Made by a program: the position numbers and the translations under genes. The notes under the pieces were generated by a model. The model ran no database searches, was not told where the DNA came from, and saw only the letters and a program-made list of their open reading frames with translations. DNA of 64,000 bases, taken from the NCBI RefSeq assembly GCF_016433145.1, contig NC_058130.1:480076876-480140875 (forward strand), read 5' to 3'. Source of the DNA: Gracilinanus agilis (lineage: Eukaryota). Shown here piece by piece: positions 49,761 through 62,139 of the stretch. Position 1 is the first letter of the stretch, and each line of letters opens with the position of its first letter.

Positions 49761-51439
49761 TCAGAGATCTAGATTTTTGCTGTATCTAAGCCTCCAGCTT
49801 CCCAGAATTCAATAACCTATTTTTAATTAAAGTGGATATTATTTAAATTACTTATATTCCATGGAAAAAACATATTATAAGCTCTTTAATCCTCAGTAGA
49901 TAAAATGTGGTCTCTGTGGTAAAACAAAATAAACAAAGAAAATGAATTGGCCAAGCTAGTGAGTTAAACTGAGCTAGGTTACCTGGTCTTCTGAAAGACA
50001 TGCCAGACTAACTCTTAAAACACCTCTTATATATTGTTTTACAAAGTGCTGGGGAATTCCAAATCACCTCTATGCCTCACTCATTGAGGTACTGGAAAAA
50101 GTAATTATGTTAAAATTTGACAAAAATATAGGAATGATGTTTTGTTATATAATTCATTTTTTGGAAAAACCTGTTTTTGATCCTCAAATAAGATAAGGAA
50201 AAATTAAAACTTTCATTTTCCTGTATAGATAGATTTGATGAATTTTGAGCAAAATTTTGGCAACTAGAATATGATATCAAAATAATTATTATGAAAACAG
50301 AATATAAAGTTATTAAATACAAGGGGAGTTGACTCAAAATATTAATAAGAAAATAATTTAAAATTATATATATATGCATATATATGCCAGAATCCATTCT
50401 GGGGAAGCAACTAATAAAATTTAACATCTGTTGATTAACTTTACAAAAACACTAGATATAAGGCATTTATTTTGAAATTGTATAAGTAACATATGCTTAA
50501 ACCAAAAATAAAACTTAAATTACACTCACTTAAAGAAGTTGTATCCTCTTAAAAATAAGAGTAAGACATGCATGCCCTCTACCAGTGCTATGCTTAATTT
50601 GGCTCTTGAAAATATTGGAATCACTACTACACATGAATTAAATAAAAGCTGTAAAGACAATGTAAGAATATTTTTTTGCATTTTACATGATTGTATATTT
50701 GGAAATCAAAGGAAATGTAGCAAGATAAGATGCATATGAAATTAAAAGATCTAAAGCCTTCTTAGATAGTAATAATATACTTTACAGTATGTGTAATTTG
50801 ATTCATAATCACAGCACAATAGAATATTTCTTTTAAATATCACTAATTTAAATAATTTCCTAATGTTCATTCGATAATATCAAAAACCCTAAATAGTAAA
50901 CAATCAAAAAAGTCATGGACAAATCAAGGGATGCTTTATTATAATCTGTAAGCATAGATACAATAAAAATGAAAATATTCCATTAATTATTAATTCATAT
51001 TGTATTCCTCTAATACAACTTTTTTCTGTAATGTTTATTTTCTCCTATAAAGTACCTAGTACATTCTATTTATAGTCTTCATCTTATGTGATATTTACCA
51101 AAGTTCTCTCATAGCCTTAGAACATTCTAAAATTTGTTATGTAATAATTATAGAAATAGTTTATAATTATTGAGAAATGGAGTTGATGATTACAAAGAGA
51201 TGTTTTACTATGAACAGGCCATGCAAAAACCATTTACTTTATTTTTTTAAGACAAGGTAACTAAACTACTATATAAAAAACATTACAGATATACTTTCTA
51301 TGCATTGTTAGCTTTTGATAAGATACTTTTCTTGTGTTTCAGAAGGTCATATAATCAAAAGACTTAATAACTTTTTAGATGACAGAACTTAAGTAGTAGC
51401 TGTTAATGTTTTAATGTTAACATGAAAAAGAAGTGTCCA

Positions 51440-51945
51440 GGGAATAACCAAGGACCTCTGCCTAGATCAGTGTAATCTGATATTATTTACAATGATTTCG
51501 ACAAAAGCATTAGTAGAATGCTTATCAAATTCATGAAAGATACAAAGCTAGAGTTATCTAATATTGTAGTTAAGAGTCAAGATATAAAGATATCTGAGCT
51601 AGAATATTTGACTGGACTTAATGATATGAAATTCAAGGAGACTTAATGTAAAGTCATATTTATATATGATGTGAAATGCATAAGAAAACAGCAGCTATTG
51701 TAAGAAAAAAGGGATTATAGATTTTAGTGTAATCTTTACTCAATATAACTTGGTAGTGTGTTGGAGCAGGTAGAAATTGAAATGTACTACATATAAAGGT
51801 GAAAGTTTCCCCTCCCTGAATATTTTCAGTCAGAGCCTGAATTATCTCCTCCCAGTTTGTAAGAATGGGTACTTTTTGTGTGTATATATTAGATAAGATG
51901 GAAACTGAGGTTCCTTCCAACCTTTAAATTATGTGACTATGTGAT
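51440..51945 (+). mobile_element. L3/CR1 LINE 3' fragment
   Basis: atttacaatgatttcgacaaaagcatt...atgcttatcaaattcatgaaagatacaaagcta (FINDLD...LIKF.DDTKL-like) and CR1/MIR3-type tail gaggttccttccaacc...gtgactatgtga. Confidence 0.7.
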
Positions 51946-52603
51946 TATCTGATTTATTAGTGAATGTTTTTCAAGTGCTTACTATGTGTAAGAAATTAAA
52001 TTATAAGATGGAGATGCTCAGTTTTGAATATTTCCCTGACATACATTTCATTAGAAATTTTAATTTGAACTTTTAAACAATAAAATTATAACTAGTTACT
52101 TTTTTAAAAACTGGTAGGCTAAACGATGTATTGTAATTAATTTTCCAGTTTTAAGATTCTATGATTATCTTATACCTGAAAAATGTCCATCTTAAAGTCA
52201 CTCAACTTGATATAATGTAAGACATAAAATGAGAAATATGTTCATAAAAGATTCTTGCCTCTGTAAAGTAAGATATGCAGCAAAGAATAAAAATTATTGA
52301 GAAATAGATTCTCTATTGATGATGAAGTCTTTAGGATGCTATTTTATTAGGATGATATTGATTACATTGTATCAAATACTAAAATATCAAAGAAGCCATC
52401 AAAGAGATTCTTTAACACTGAAAAAAGTACAGCCTTAAAAACAAAAAACAAAAATTTAAATGGCTTATTGTCCATGATATTATAGGCACTTGGATGCATA
52501 AGCAATACAGCTTATTTATCAGTAGACATACATTGAATAGATGCGAAAATTGGAAAACAGAAGATTGATTTTCCTTTGGAAAACCAAACAGTTCTGTTAG
52601 TGG

Positions 52604-53591
52604 TGTTATGTGAGTAATTTGGGAAAAGGTGTGTGGTATAAGGGAATTTGAAAGGAGGATGTTAGAGACTTGCTAAGTGGGTAATCTCGGTTACAGGTAG
52701 GCTGGGATTAAAGGAGATTCAGGGTATAATAGGACTAAAGTCAGGAGTATAACACAGAAGGGAAACAGAGATCTTCAGGGAGAAGAGAAATTAAACTAAA
52801 CAGACAAACACAGCAGGCTTACAGACTGGGACTTAGACTCAAACACAAGCTGAGGGAAATAGACTAGACTGAAATTAACAAACAGGCTTTAGTTAATTTC
52901 ACAGGAAGGGACTTGTTTTGAAGTAACATCTTCCTTCAAGATGGATGCCCCAGCTTCCCTCTAAGCCCAGAGTATGTTGTTTCTTTCCCTCTTCTTCCCA
53001 CTTGATAACTAACAGACAAATTATACTAATAGGGCTGTTGAAACACAAAAGGGTTTATTTTCTTTAAAGGATGTTTGTTAGGAAGGTGGATCAAAGGAAA
53101 GCCCTATCAGTTGTCTCAGGAACCTCAGGTGAGGGAAGGGAACCAAAGATGGAGTCTGAGTAAGGACCTGCCTTTAAACTCAGCTTTACAACATGCTATT
53201 GCTATCTAAAGGGAATAAATGATGACTGACTAACTATAACTAATGCTGTCAATTAGGTAACCCTTCACAGATTTAACTCCTCTCTAATTACTCTCTGTAT
53301 TAACTCCACAGACATATAAGGTAAGGGAGGGAAGGCAGGGATGGTATTAGGAAAGGAAGATATAAAGGGTTTATCTAAAATAATAATTTCTTAAGTAAAT
53401 ATGTCAAAGCTAGGCTAAATTTCAATATTAAAGCTAGGTAATCAAGGCATCTCAACTGACTGACAACCTCCCTCCATGGAAGATCCAGCCAACTGTCCAT
53501 TCCTAAAGATTCCAAACCCCTAACAGCTTTTGGAACTCAGCCAAAGATAGAAAAAAAACAAAACTATATCACCCCAATTCTGTATACTACA
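52604..53591. mobile_element. Solo LTR (ERV1-like), family shared with 13853-14823
   Basis: TGttatg...tactaCA, 988 bp; 4-bp TSD GTGG (52600-52603, 53592-53595). Confidence 0.95.
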
Positions 53592-53899
53592 GTGGTCACA
53601 ATCTTGTCAGTGAAACAAAGGTATGTCAGTTTAATAATATACTGACAGTTAAGTAGTATTTTTGTGAATCACAGAAAAATGCTTTTAAATATTTTATTAT
53701 TCTTAATCATAGAATCACAAAAATAATGGTAATTTTCAAGAATCATAATATCCCAAATCATCTGGGTTATACACGTATGATCATGCAAAATGTATTTCAA
53801 TATTAATCATGTTGTGAGAAAGTGCTCAGGTAACACTCAAAATCCCCAAATAAATATACACATAAATAAAATAAAATTAAAAATTATATGCTTCAATCT

Positions 53900-56800
53900 G
53901 GATTCAAATGTCATTTCTTTCTCCAGAGGCAGATAATATTCTTTGTCATAAATCTTCCAGTATTGTCTTGGGTCATTGTATTGCAAGGAATAGCTGAGCT
54001 TTTAACAATTGATCATCATATGATATGATTGGCTGTTACTGTGTATGTTATTCTACTGGTAGTGCTTATTCAACTCTAAATCAGTTCATATTGGCTTTTC
54101 CAGTTATTTTTCTGAAATATCTTTCTCATCATTTCTTATACTGCAATAGAATAAATTCACAATCATAAACCAAAATTTATTTGTTCAACCCTTCCCCAAA
54201 TGATGGACATTTTAATTTCCAATTCTTTGACACCACAATATTTTCGACACAAAATTATTTTTGTACAAATAGGTCCTTTTCCCCTTTAAAAAGCTCTTTG
54301 GGATAGAGATATAAAGGTAGTTTTATTAGATAAAAGGGTATGCACAAATTTGTTGCCCTTTGTCCTCCAGAATTATTGTATCAGTTCATAACTCCAAAAT
54401 ACATTAGTGTGCTAATTTTGCCACATTCCCTACAACATTTATCACTCTCCTTTATTGATAATGTAAAACCAATATGATAAGTGTGGCTTAGTACTTCAGA
54501 GTTGTTTTAATTTCCATTTTTCTAATAGTGATTTAGATCTTTCTTCATATGATTGTTGATAGATTTGATTTCTTCAACTGAAAACTGGCTGTTCATATGC
54601 TTTTAGCATTTATCAACTGGAAATGACTTGTATTCTTAGGAATTTGATTCAGTTCTCCATGCACATGAGGAGTAAAATCTTTTATCTTAGAAATTTTTTG
54701 CAAATTTTTTACCAGTTTTTTCCCTTCTAATCTTGGTTGCATTGTTTTTGTTCATACAACCACTTTTTAAATTTAATGTAATCAAAATTATTCATTTAAT
54801 ATATCATGAGTTTTTCTTTTTCTTGTTCAATCATAAATTATTTCTATATCCAAAGATCTGACAGGTAAACTATTCCATGCTCCACTAATTTGTTTCTGGT
54901 ATCACCCTTTATATCTAAGTCATATACCATCTTTATTCCTTCCTTAGATGTATGCCACATAGGAAATAATATTTTAATTGGTAAAAATAAAAGAAAATTC
55001 AGAACCAAGCAATACATTGAAAAAGTCTGAAAACATGAATAATGTATAAATCTCCCATCTCATCACAGAGTAAAATTGGAGGTATTATCTATCTATTTAT
55101 CTAATCTCTTTCTTGTTGATTCTTATAATTTCATTATATTTACTTTTAATATTTTTTTGCTTATGGTGTCCTTTCCATTTGCATTGTAGTTATTGTATGT
55201 AGTTTTTTTTCTTGGCTCTGCAAATAGTTTGTTCATATTATTTGAGAAATTATTAGGGAATAGCAATTAATCCTACAGATCTTGGATATGGAATCCTTAT
55301 CAGAAATTTCATAAAAATGTTTCCACCATTAAATCACTTGCCATCTTAGTTGTATTTACAATGTGCAGAAACTTCTCAGCTTCATGAAAAGTTGTCTTTT
55401 ATATTGTGTAATGGCCTCTAGTTTTTGTTAATTTTGTATATTTCCTAAAAATGGCTATGAGAATTTTACTAACTTCTGCTCTTCTATTTCTTTATAACAT
55501 GATCTTTAATATTAAGTGAACATATCTTTGAGAATGTATTGGTAGAAGCCAAATTCCTACCAGGTTGATTTCTACTTTTGCAAAATTCCCCTTCCCCATG
55601 TAGTTTATCTAATCTATTTTATCAAAATCAAATTTTATTACATTCCACTTTTTCTGTTCTATTAATATTTCTCTAGTTTTAACTAATAACAGATGGTTTT
55701 GATGACTTCAGCTTTATAATATAGTTTAAAGTCTAAAATTCTGAAGTTTAGCCCCCATTTTAAATTTTTATATTAATCATTCCCCTTTATATTTTGGTTA
55801 TTTATTTTTCCAAATAAATTATATTTAAATGTTGTATATAGTACATCTTTTGAAATGTTATTGTTATAGCATTAGAAGCATAAATTAAATTTTGAAATAT
55901 TGTCATTTTACATTTGCATAATCTCATTATAAACATTAAGTATTCCTTCAGTTAAGTTTTTCCTTATTTCCTTAAGAATTACTATGTAATTGAATCTAAT
56001 TAAGTAATTTTTGAGTTTTGGCAGCTTGATATTAGTAGGGAGAGTTCACATCCTTTCATGATATTTATTGAAAAAGATCCTAAAAAGTAGTTATTTCCTA
56101 TGATATTTCCTTTTTTAAATGAGATTTTTAATAATAAAAAAGATCTCTCAAAACAAAATTTGTAGAATTTTTAGCCAAAAAAGAATATTCTACTTAGTCT
56201 ACAGTATTTTCTCTATTGACATGGTCATGTGGTTTGGGATATGTTGGTACGATATGACTAATTATATTGATTAATTTTTCTAACATCAATTACCTTTAAT
56301 TCCATGATATCACATTTGTTCATAATGAATAACTTATTGGATCAATCACTGTATTGTGGTTAACAGAATGTTATTTAAAACTTTTTAATTAATAATAATG
56401 ATATTGGTTTTGAGTTTTCTTTCTGTGTTTATCTTTCCATGGTTTAGATACTGGGAATATATTTGCCCCATAAAAGGATTCTAGTAGGATGTTTCTTTTC
56501 TCAGTATATGAAAATAATTTGTGAAGTATAGGTATTAGCTTTTATTCTAAAAATCTGATAAAATTCTTTACTGAATCCATCAGGATTAGAAATTTAATTT
56601 TCTGTTAAGTTCTTTAAAGCTGAATTTATTTCCATTTTTTAAATTGGGTTATTTTAAATGTCTATCTGGTCTTCTAATAGTCTAAATATCTTAAATTTTT
56701 GAAGGCATTACTTTATTTCCTTTGTATTCAGTTTGTAGCATATAATTTTAGGCAATGTGTTCCAATTATTTTTATTTCTTCTAGTTTTATTGGGATTTTA

Positions 56801-57500
56801 CCTTGCTCATTTTCTATATTAATTTATTTTTCTGCCTTGTTTAATCTTATGAACTCAGAATTTATCAATTTCATTAATATTTTCAATGGAACACAATTTA
56901 ATTTTATAAGGTTAATTATAGTAATTGGGATATTTTCTATAGTTATTTTCATCATAATGCAGCTTCCCTTTCACTTTAAAAATTTTTTTATTTTGTTTTT
57001 CCATATAGCATGTTTACAATTCCATTTTTGGATTCCTTTGTTGCATAGACTTTTTTGTCTACCTCTGGCTTTATTTTATTAGTGTTTGTTTTTTAAGTGT
57101 TCTTAATAAGCAATGGATTTTAGGCTTTTTTATCTTATCCAATATGTCATTCTTTTGTTGTTCTTTTATTGGACTAGTCAGCCCATTCACATGAGATTTT
57201 ATAAGAGGTTTATATTTTCATCCATTTGTACCTAATGTCTCTTTCATCAGCAGAACTCCTTCAACCACCACAAAAGATTTTCTTTCCTTTCCCCACTTCT
57301 AGTGTACTTTTCTCTCCTCTGCCACTTGTATGCAGGTTCTTTCTTAGAGACTACAAGGATCACGGACCTCTTACTACAAGCCCTCAATTTGAACCAGACA
57401 CATCACGCACTGTCCTTTAGCACCCACCCCCTACCATCATATCACCTCTTCCATTTCATGTATCTTTCCGTTTTGTCATGTAGTCTCAGAAAAGAAATAA
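53900..57500 (-). mobile_element. Antisense L1 fragments (3' UTR and ORF2 pieces)
   Basis: T-rich strand with antisense L1 hallmarks (tttaatttccaattctttgacaccac, aactgaaaactggctgttcatatgc, tttatcaatttcattaatattttc); several pieces, boundaries approximate. Confidence 0.75.
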
Positions 57501-57779
57501 CAAATTCATCATCATCATCCTCAAAAAAGAACAGCAATGATACAAACAAAAAAATTGATTCAGCTACATTTTGAGTGTGGTCCAAATTGCCAGTCTCCCT
57601 CTTTACTCTTGCTTCCACAGGATTTCCACCTCTACCTCATTTTCTTATGTACATTTCAAAAAAGGATTGCTACTATTCTTGGCTTTCATTTATCTCTCCA
57701 GCATTTCTGTTGACCATAGTACATATTTGCTACCATTCAAGTAGCAAACGATTTCTTTCAGTAGGAATGAATAAGAACT

Positions 57780-58440
57780 AATGATTTCATAACAAACAAT
57801 TAGTTAAAACCTTGTCCCACACATTGAAATAAATTTTCTATGGATCACAAAGTTAAACATTAAAAAATCCATGAAAAGCTAGAAAAAAATGGAAAAAATC
57901 TTTATTATAGTTATAGAGAGCAGATAAATTTCCTGGATATTGAAGAAATGGCAGATATCAATAAAAATAACAAATAAGAAAATAAACAAATAACAAATAG
58001 ACTATTTTCACAATGAAATATGATAACATAAATATCAAAAAGAAAGCCATAACATTGAGGAAAATATAGATGATAAGTACAGGTGATAAAAGCTTAGAGA
58101 TTAAAGAAAAATATGAAAAACATTGAACAATTTTTCTTGTATTTTCAGAATATTAGACAGCAAAATATCACATAAAAATACATAGCCTTACCAACAGCTA
58201 AAGAAAGAATTCATACCTTTGATTAATTAAAAAAATAAAAGTAGCACAGATAAATAAAAATGATAAACCCTTCAGCCCTTTGGGATGTGGATAAATAGCT
58301 ATGATTATACATTGTTGGTGGCATTGTAATTGGTTCATTACTCTTTGGAGAATGATTTGGTAATATTTGTCAGGAGTTATAAAAGCTGCTCATAACCTTT
58401 AACCTGGCAATTCCCCTTTAGAGTCTTATTTTTGTGTAGA
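57780..58440 (+). mobile_element. L1 ORF2 C-terminal fragment
   Basis: aaataaattttctatggatcacaaagttaaac, acattgttggtggcattgtaattgg, cctggcaattcccctt. Confidence 0.65.
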
Positions 58441-58659
58441 CCTGCAATTTCATGCCCATGGGGAGTGCCTAGTAAGGAAACTCCCCTACTAATTCAGATG
58501 GGTACCCATTCTGCAAATTATTGTCTTAGATTAAGAAAAACGTAGGTGATTGTGAGGGTACCTGATTTGTCTAAAATCAGATGAGTAATATAAGTCAATT
58601 GAGAAACTTAAATTGATGTTGTCTAGACTGCAAAACTTCTCCTCTATTTGCTATTCTGG

Positions 58660-58661
<2 letters not shown>

Positions 58662-58742
<81 letters not shown>

Positions 58743-58743
58743 C
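58662..58743. repeat. Compound (AC)16(GT)15(AT)n microsatellite
   Basis: Directly read; 82 nt of uninterrupted purine/pyrimidine alternation. Confidence 0.97.
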
Positions 58744-58744
58744 T

Positions 58745-59378
58745 GGGATAATCAGGTAAAAAGATACTCAAAGTCCTATTACTTCTAATTTTGAAAAAAA
58801 ATTGAATTAATAAAAATGGTCAACTTTTTTGACTACCTCATTATAAGATGAATAAAAATATATTATTCCAATAGAAAAAGTATAATGTTATTAAAAAAAA
58901 CCAGTATCTATGATAGAAATTGTGATATAAGCAATGGAAATTTATCTTGTCATAGGAAATGAGGACTATGGGAATTCAGAGAAATTTGGGAAGACATCTG
59001 AACTCATAAAGATTGTAGTAATCAGAGAAAAAGAAAAATATGCTATGAATTAAAAGATTCAAAGGAAAATCACAATTAAAGACACAGACTGACCAGTGAT
59101 TAATCTTAGTTCCAATGATGATGAAACCAGCGATGAAACATACTTTCTCCTCAGAAGAGGGTAGTGGAGTGCAGGTGCACAATTAAGTATACTTTGACAG
59201 ATTAAATTGTAATTTTAATTTGGTTATCTGTACTTTGATATGAGTATGGGTTCCATATTGGAGAAGTATTACTGGTAAATTACAAAGACATAAAGAAACT
59301 TCAAGAAAATATTTTTAAATGTATTGGTGATGTGTCTGTGTATGTATCTACATATTTATATATAAATGTGTATCTCTT

Positions 59379-59440
<62 letters not shown>

Positions 59441-60130
59441 GTGTGTGTGTGATTTAGAATAGTCTTTAACATAGTTTTAATAGTCTGAATTCCAGGAATG
59501 GTACATGGTATGTATGTGGATATGTGTATGTATATGTAATACATATAATGTATATATTAGTACATTTGCATGTTTATTCAGAATTTTAAATTGTTTGAAC
59601 TGGATTATATACAGTTCTAAGTCATTAGCAAGACAAATGGAAATTAAAAAATCGATATTTTCTCAGCACTAGTAAATTTAAAAAGGTAACAAAAATGGAA
59701 ACAGTCCATGTTGGAGGAGCAATAAAGAGATAGACCCACTAGCACATTTTGGATGAATAAATTAATTTATCCAATTAATCTTGAAAGCAATGAAGAATTA
59801 TTCTGAAAAAATATTACTAATTTATTCACACGCTATTAGCCCCATATAGTACTATTATGTCAAAGATAGAAGGAAAAACTATCCCTTATATACCAACATA
59901 TTGAAAGCAAACCTTTTTTTCTAGTAAACAATTAGAAACAAAAAAATACTTTAAAAATTTTAATAGACACAAATTTTGGCAAAAGGATATTATCTTCTTA
60001 TTTAAAAAATTAAGATGAACATTTTTGAGAAGCATTAGAAATCTCATGTAAACTGATTAAAATAGGTTAAGCAGGACCAGGGAAGCAACATATATAATAG
60101 TATAAATGGGATAAATATTCCCTTATTAAA
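58745..60130 (+). mobile_element. L1 3'-end fragments interrupted by simple repeats
   Basis: ggaagacatctgaactcataaagatt..., tggaaattaaaaaatcgatattttctcagcac..., cagtccatgttggaggagc; approximate. Confidence 0.55.
59383..59436. repeat. (TC)27 microsatellite
   Basis: Perfect TC run; explains the ERER ORF 59356-59544. Confidence 0.97.
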
Positions 60131-60662
60131 ATGTCATTAAGCAGTTTATAATAAAATAAAAGAAAGTCCTGTTAAATCTGATTGACTTCCCATTCTCTAG
60201 TTACTTGAGACATGAAGAAATTTTGATTGCATCCACAATTATACTATGAGCAAGAGTGAGGTGCAATTGATAGTCATTTTTGCAAGTAAGAAGAACAGGT
60301 TTCAAAGCCAATCTTTGACACAATTTTCTGAGGTAGAGCAAATGCTGTCCATGTAAAAGGAAAGTTTATAAATATAAGTGTAATGCAAGGTGGCTAACAG
60401 AAACTTTTTGCTTCTGTAATTTCTAATGGTCACAAAAAGTCAGTTAAACAACTTAGGATCTTCAGAAAGTCAGTTAGAACTTAAAACTATAAATAGAGAT
60501 GAAGTTCCAAATGATGAGGCTTTGGTCTTCTGGCTTTCATTGTGGCTGGAGGCTTTTGCTTTGGCTTAGCCTGTTAGGTGCAGCCTTTTGGCTTGGCTTT
60601 GCTTCGGTCTTGGCCTGTGCTTATTTGTCTTGGTGAAATTTAAATTTAAAAATGTAAAAGAA

Positions 60663-60841
60663 GGGGCAGCTGGGTAGCTCAGTGGAGTGAGAGTCAGGCC
60701 TAGAGACAGGAGGTCCTAGGTTCAAACCTGGCCTCAGCCACTTCCCAGCTGTGTGACCCTGGGCAAGTCACTTGACCCCCATTGCCCACCCTTACCAATC
60801 TTCCACCTATGAGACAATACACCGAAGTACAAGGGTTTAAA
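60663..60841 (+). mobile_element. Young SINE-1_MD-like SINE
   Basis: Full-length; perfect 15-bp TSD aaaaatgtaaaagaa (60648-60662, 60842-60856). Confidence 0.97.
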
Positions 60842-61339
60842 AAAAATGTAAAAGAAAATATTAAATAATTTAGTATAAACTCTAGCTGTTTTCTACTTTG
60901 AATTTTTTGTCCTATTAATTTTTGTTCTTTCCTATGTTAAAATAAACTGTTTACCTATTTGCTAAGTATTTTATTATACTCTGTAAGAATTTTTTTAAAT
61001 CCTCCCTTTGTCTAATTGTTGAGTTGACTAAGGAATCCTAAATACTATTGCACTTGTTGTGTCAACATAAAAATTATATATTCCATCTTTAAGCTGTTAT
61101 TTCTTATCATCTTAAATAATTACTCTTTTTAAGATTAGTACTGCTCAATTATTTATAGACTGATTTTCTTACTCTATCTCTTTAATATCTTCAAGCTGTT
61201 TTATAAATCATTACTTTAACAATATTTCAATCTTTCTTTGGATTAATTCTGTTTCTATCAATGACAATTTTTCACAAAATATTGTTCAAGACAGTATTAT
61301 TTTTTAATCCCTTATGTTCTATCTTATAATCAATACTGT

Positions 61340-61445
61340 GACTTCTCCAGGGTCCCACAGCTAGGAAGTATCTGGGGCCAATTTTGAGCTGCAGACTTTA
61401 CCATTTATATGCTTGACTCTCAATCTATTTATCCACCTAGCTGTC
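61340..61445 (-). mobile_element. CORE-SINE remnant
   Basis: gtgacttctccagggtcccacagctaggaagtatctgggg...ccacctagctgtccct. Confidence 0.6.
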
Positions 61446-61519
61446 CCTTAGAAGAAATTCTCTTAAGGCTATATGATCTTCTCACTCTCTGGATCAATTT
61501 GGTTATTAAGACCTTAGGA

Positions 61520-62139
61520 CAGTGGTGGTGGACCTCTGGAATATGTGCTAAAAAAAGAGCATGCACAGCCCTCTCTGTGGGCACTGCTGCAGTAGCCCAC
61601 CAGAGTTCATTACTAGAAAGTCAGAGGAACTCAGGGCAGAGCTGTTCACTTCCTCCTCTCCATGAGCCTGAGGATATTCCTCCTTTAACCCACCCCTCTG
61701 CCCAACAATTCAATGGGAACACTTCCTTCCCTGTCTGGGTTAAGATGCTTGTGGCAGGGTGCAGCTTAAATGCTTAGTGAGGGTGCAGAACAAATGGCAG
61801 CTTATTGAGTCTGTGATGAAAGTGATTCTCCTGATGGGGTTGGTGAGGAGCTAGGTTTGAAAAGAGCATAGCTCACAGCAGGGCACATAGCTGGAGGGTA
61901 GCAGAGTACTGGGGCCATTCCTCTTTCCTTCTCTCCATACTCACCTCTCATCACCTGCCCCTTTGCCCAGCAGCAAAATGGGAGTGCTTCCTCCCTCACA
62001 TGTCTGGGGTAAGAGTGAGCAAAGGGCAAAGTGGGGGGATAGAGAGTGTGGTGCTCAGTCTCTTGGAGGGAGTGGGGCATGGCACTCTGGGAAGTGGGGT
62101 GGGGTCAACATTCTGTCTCTGAAAGGTTCTCCAACACTG
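61520..62139. mobile_element. Non-autonomous hAT element, CpG-decayed
   Basis: Degenerate TIRs cagtggtggtggacct / aggttctccaacactg; 8-bp flanks ccttagga / gcctagga; GC-rich body with an internal direct repeat (about 61691-61744 and 61951-62012). Confidence 0.8.

Noticed and set aside
56699-57082. 127-aa hydrophobic ORF
   Set aside because: Lies on the antisense strand of L1 ORF2; T-rich DNA gives stop-poor Phe/Leu/Ile frames.
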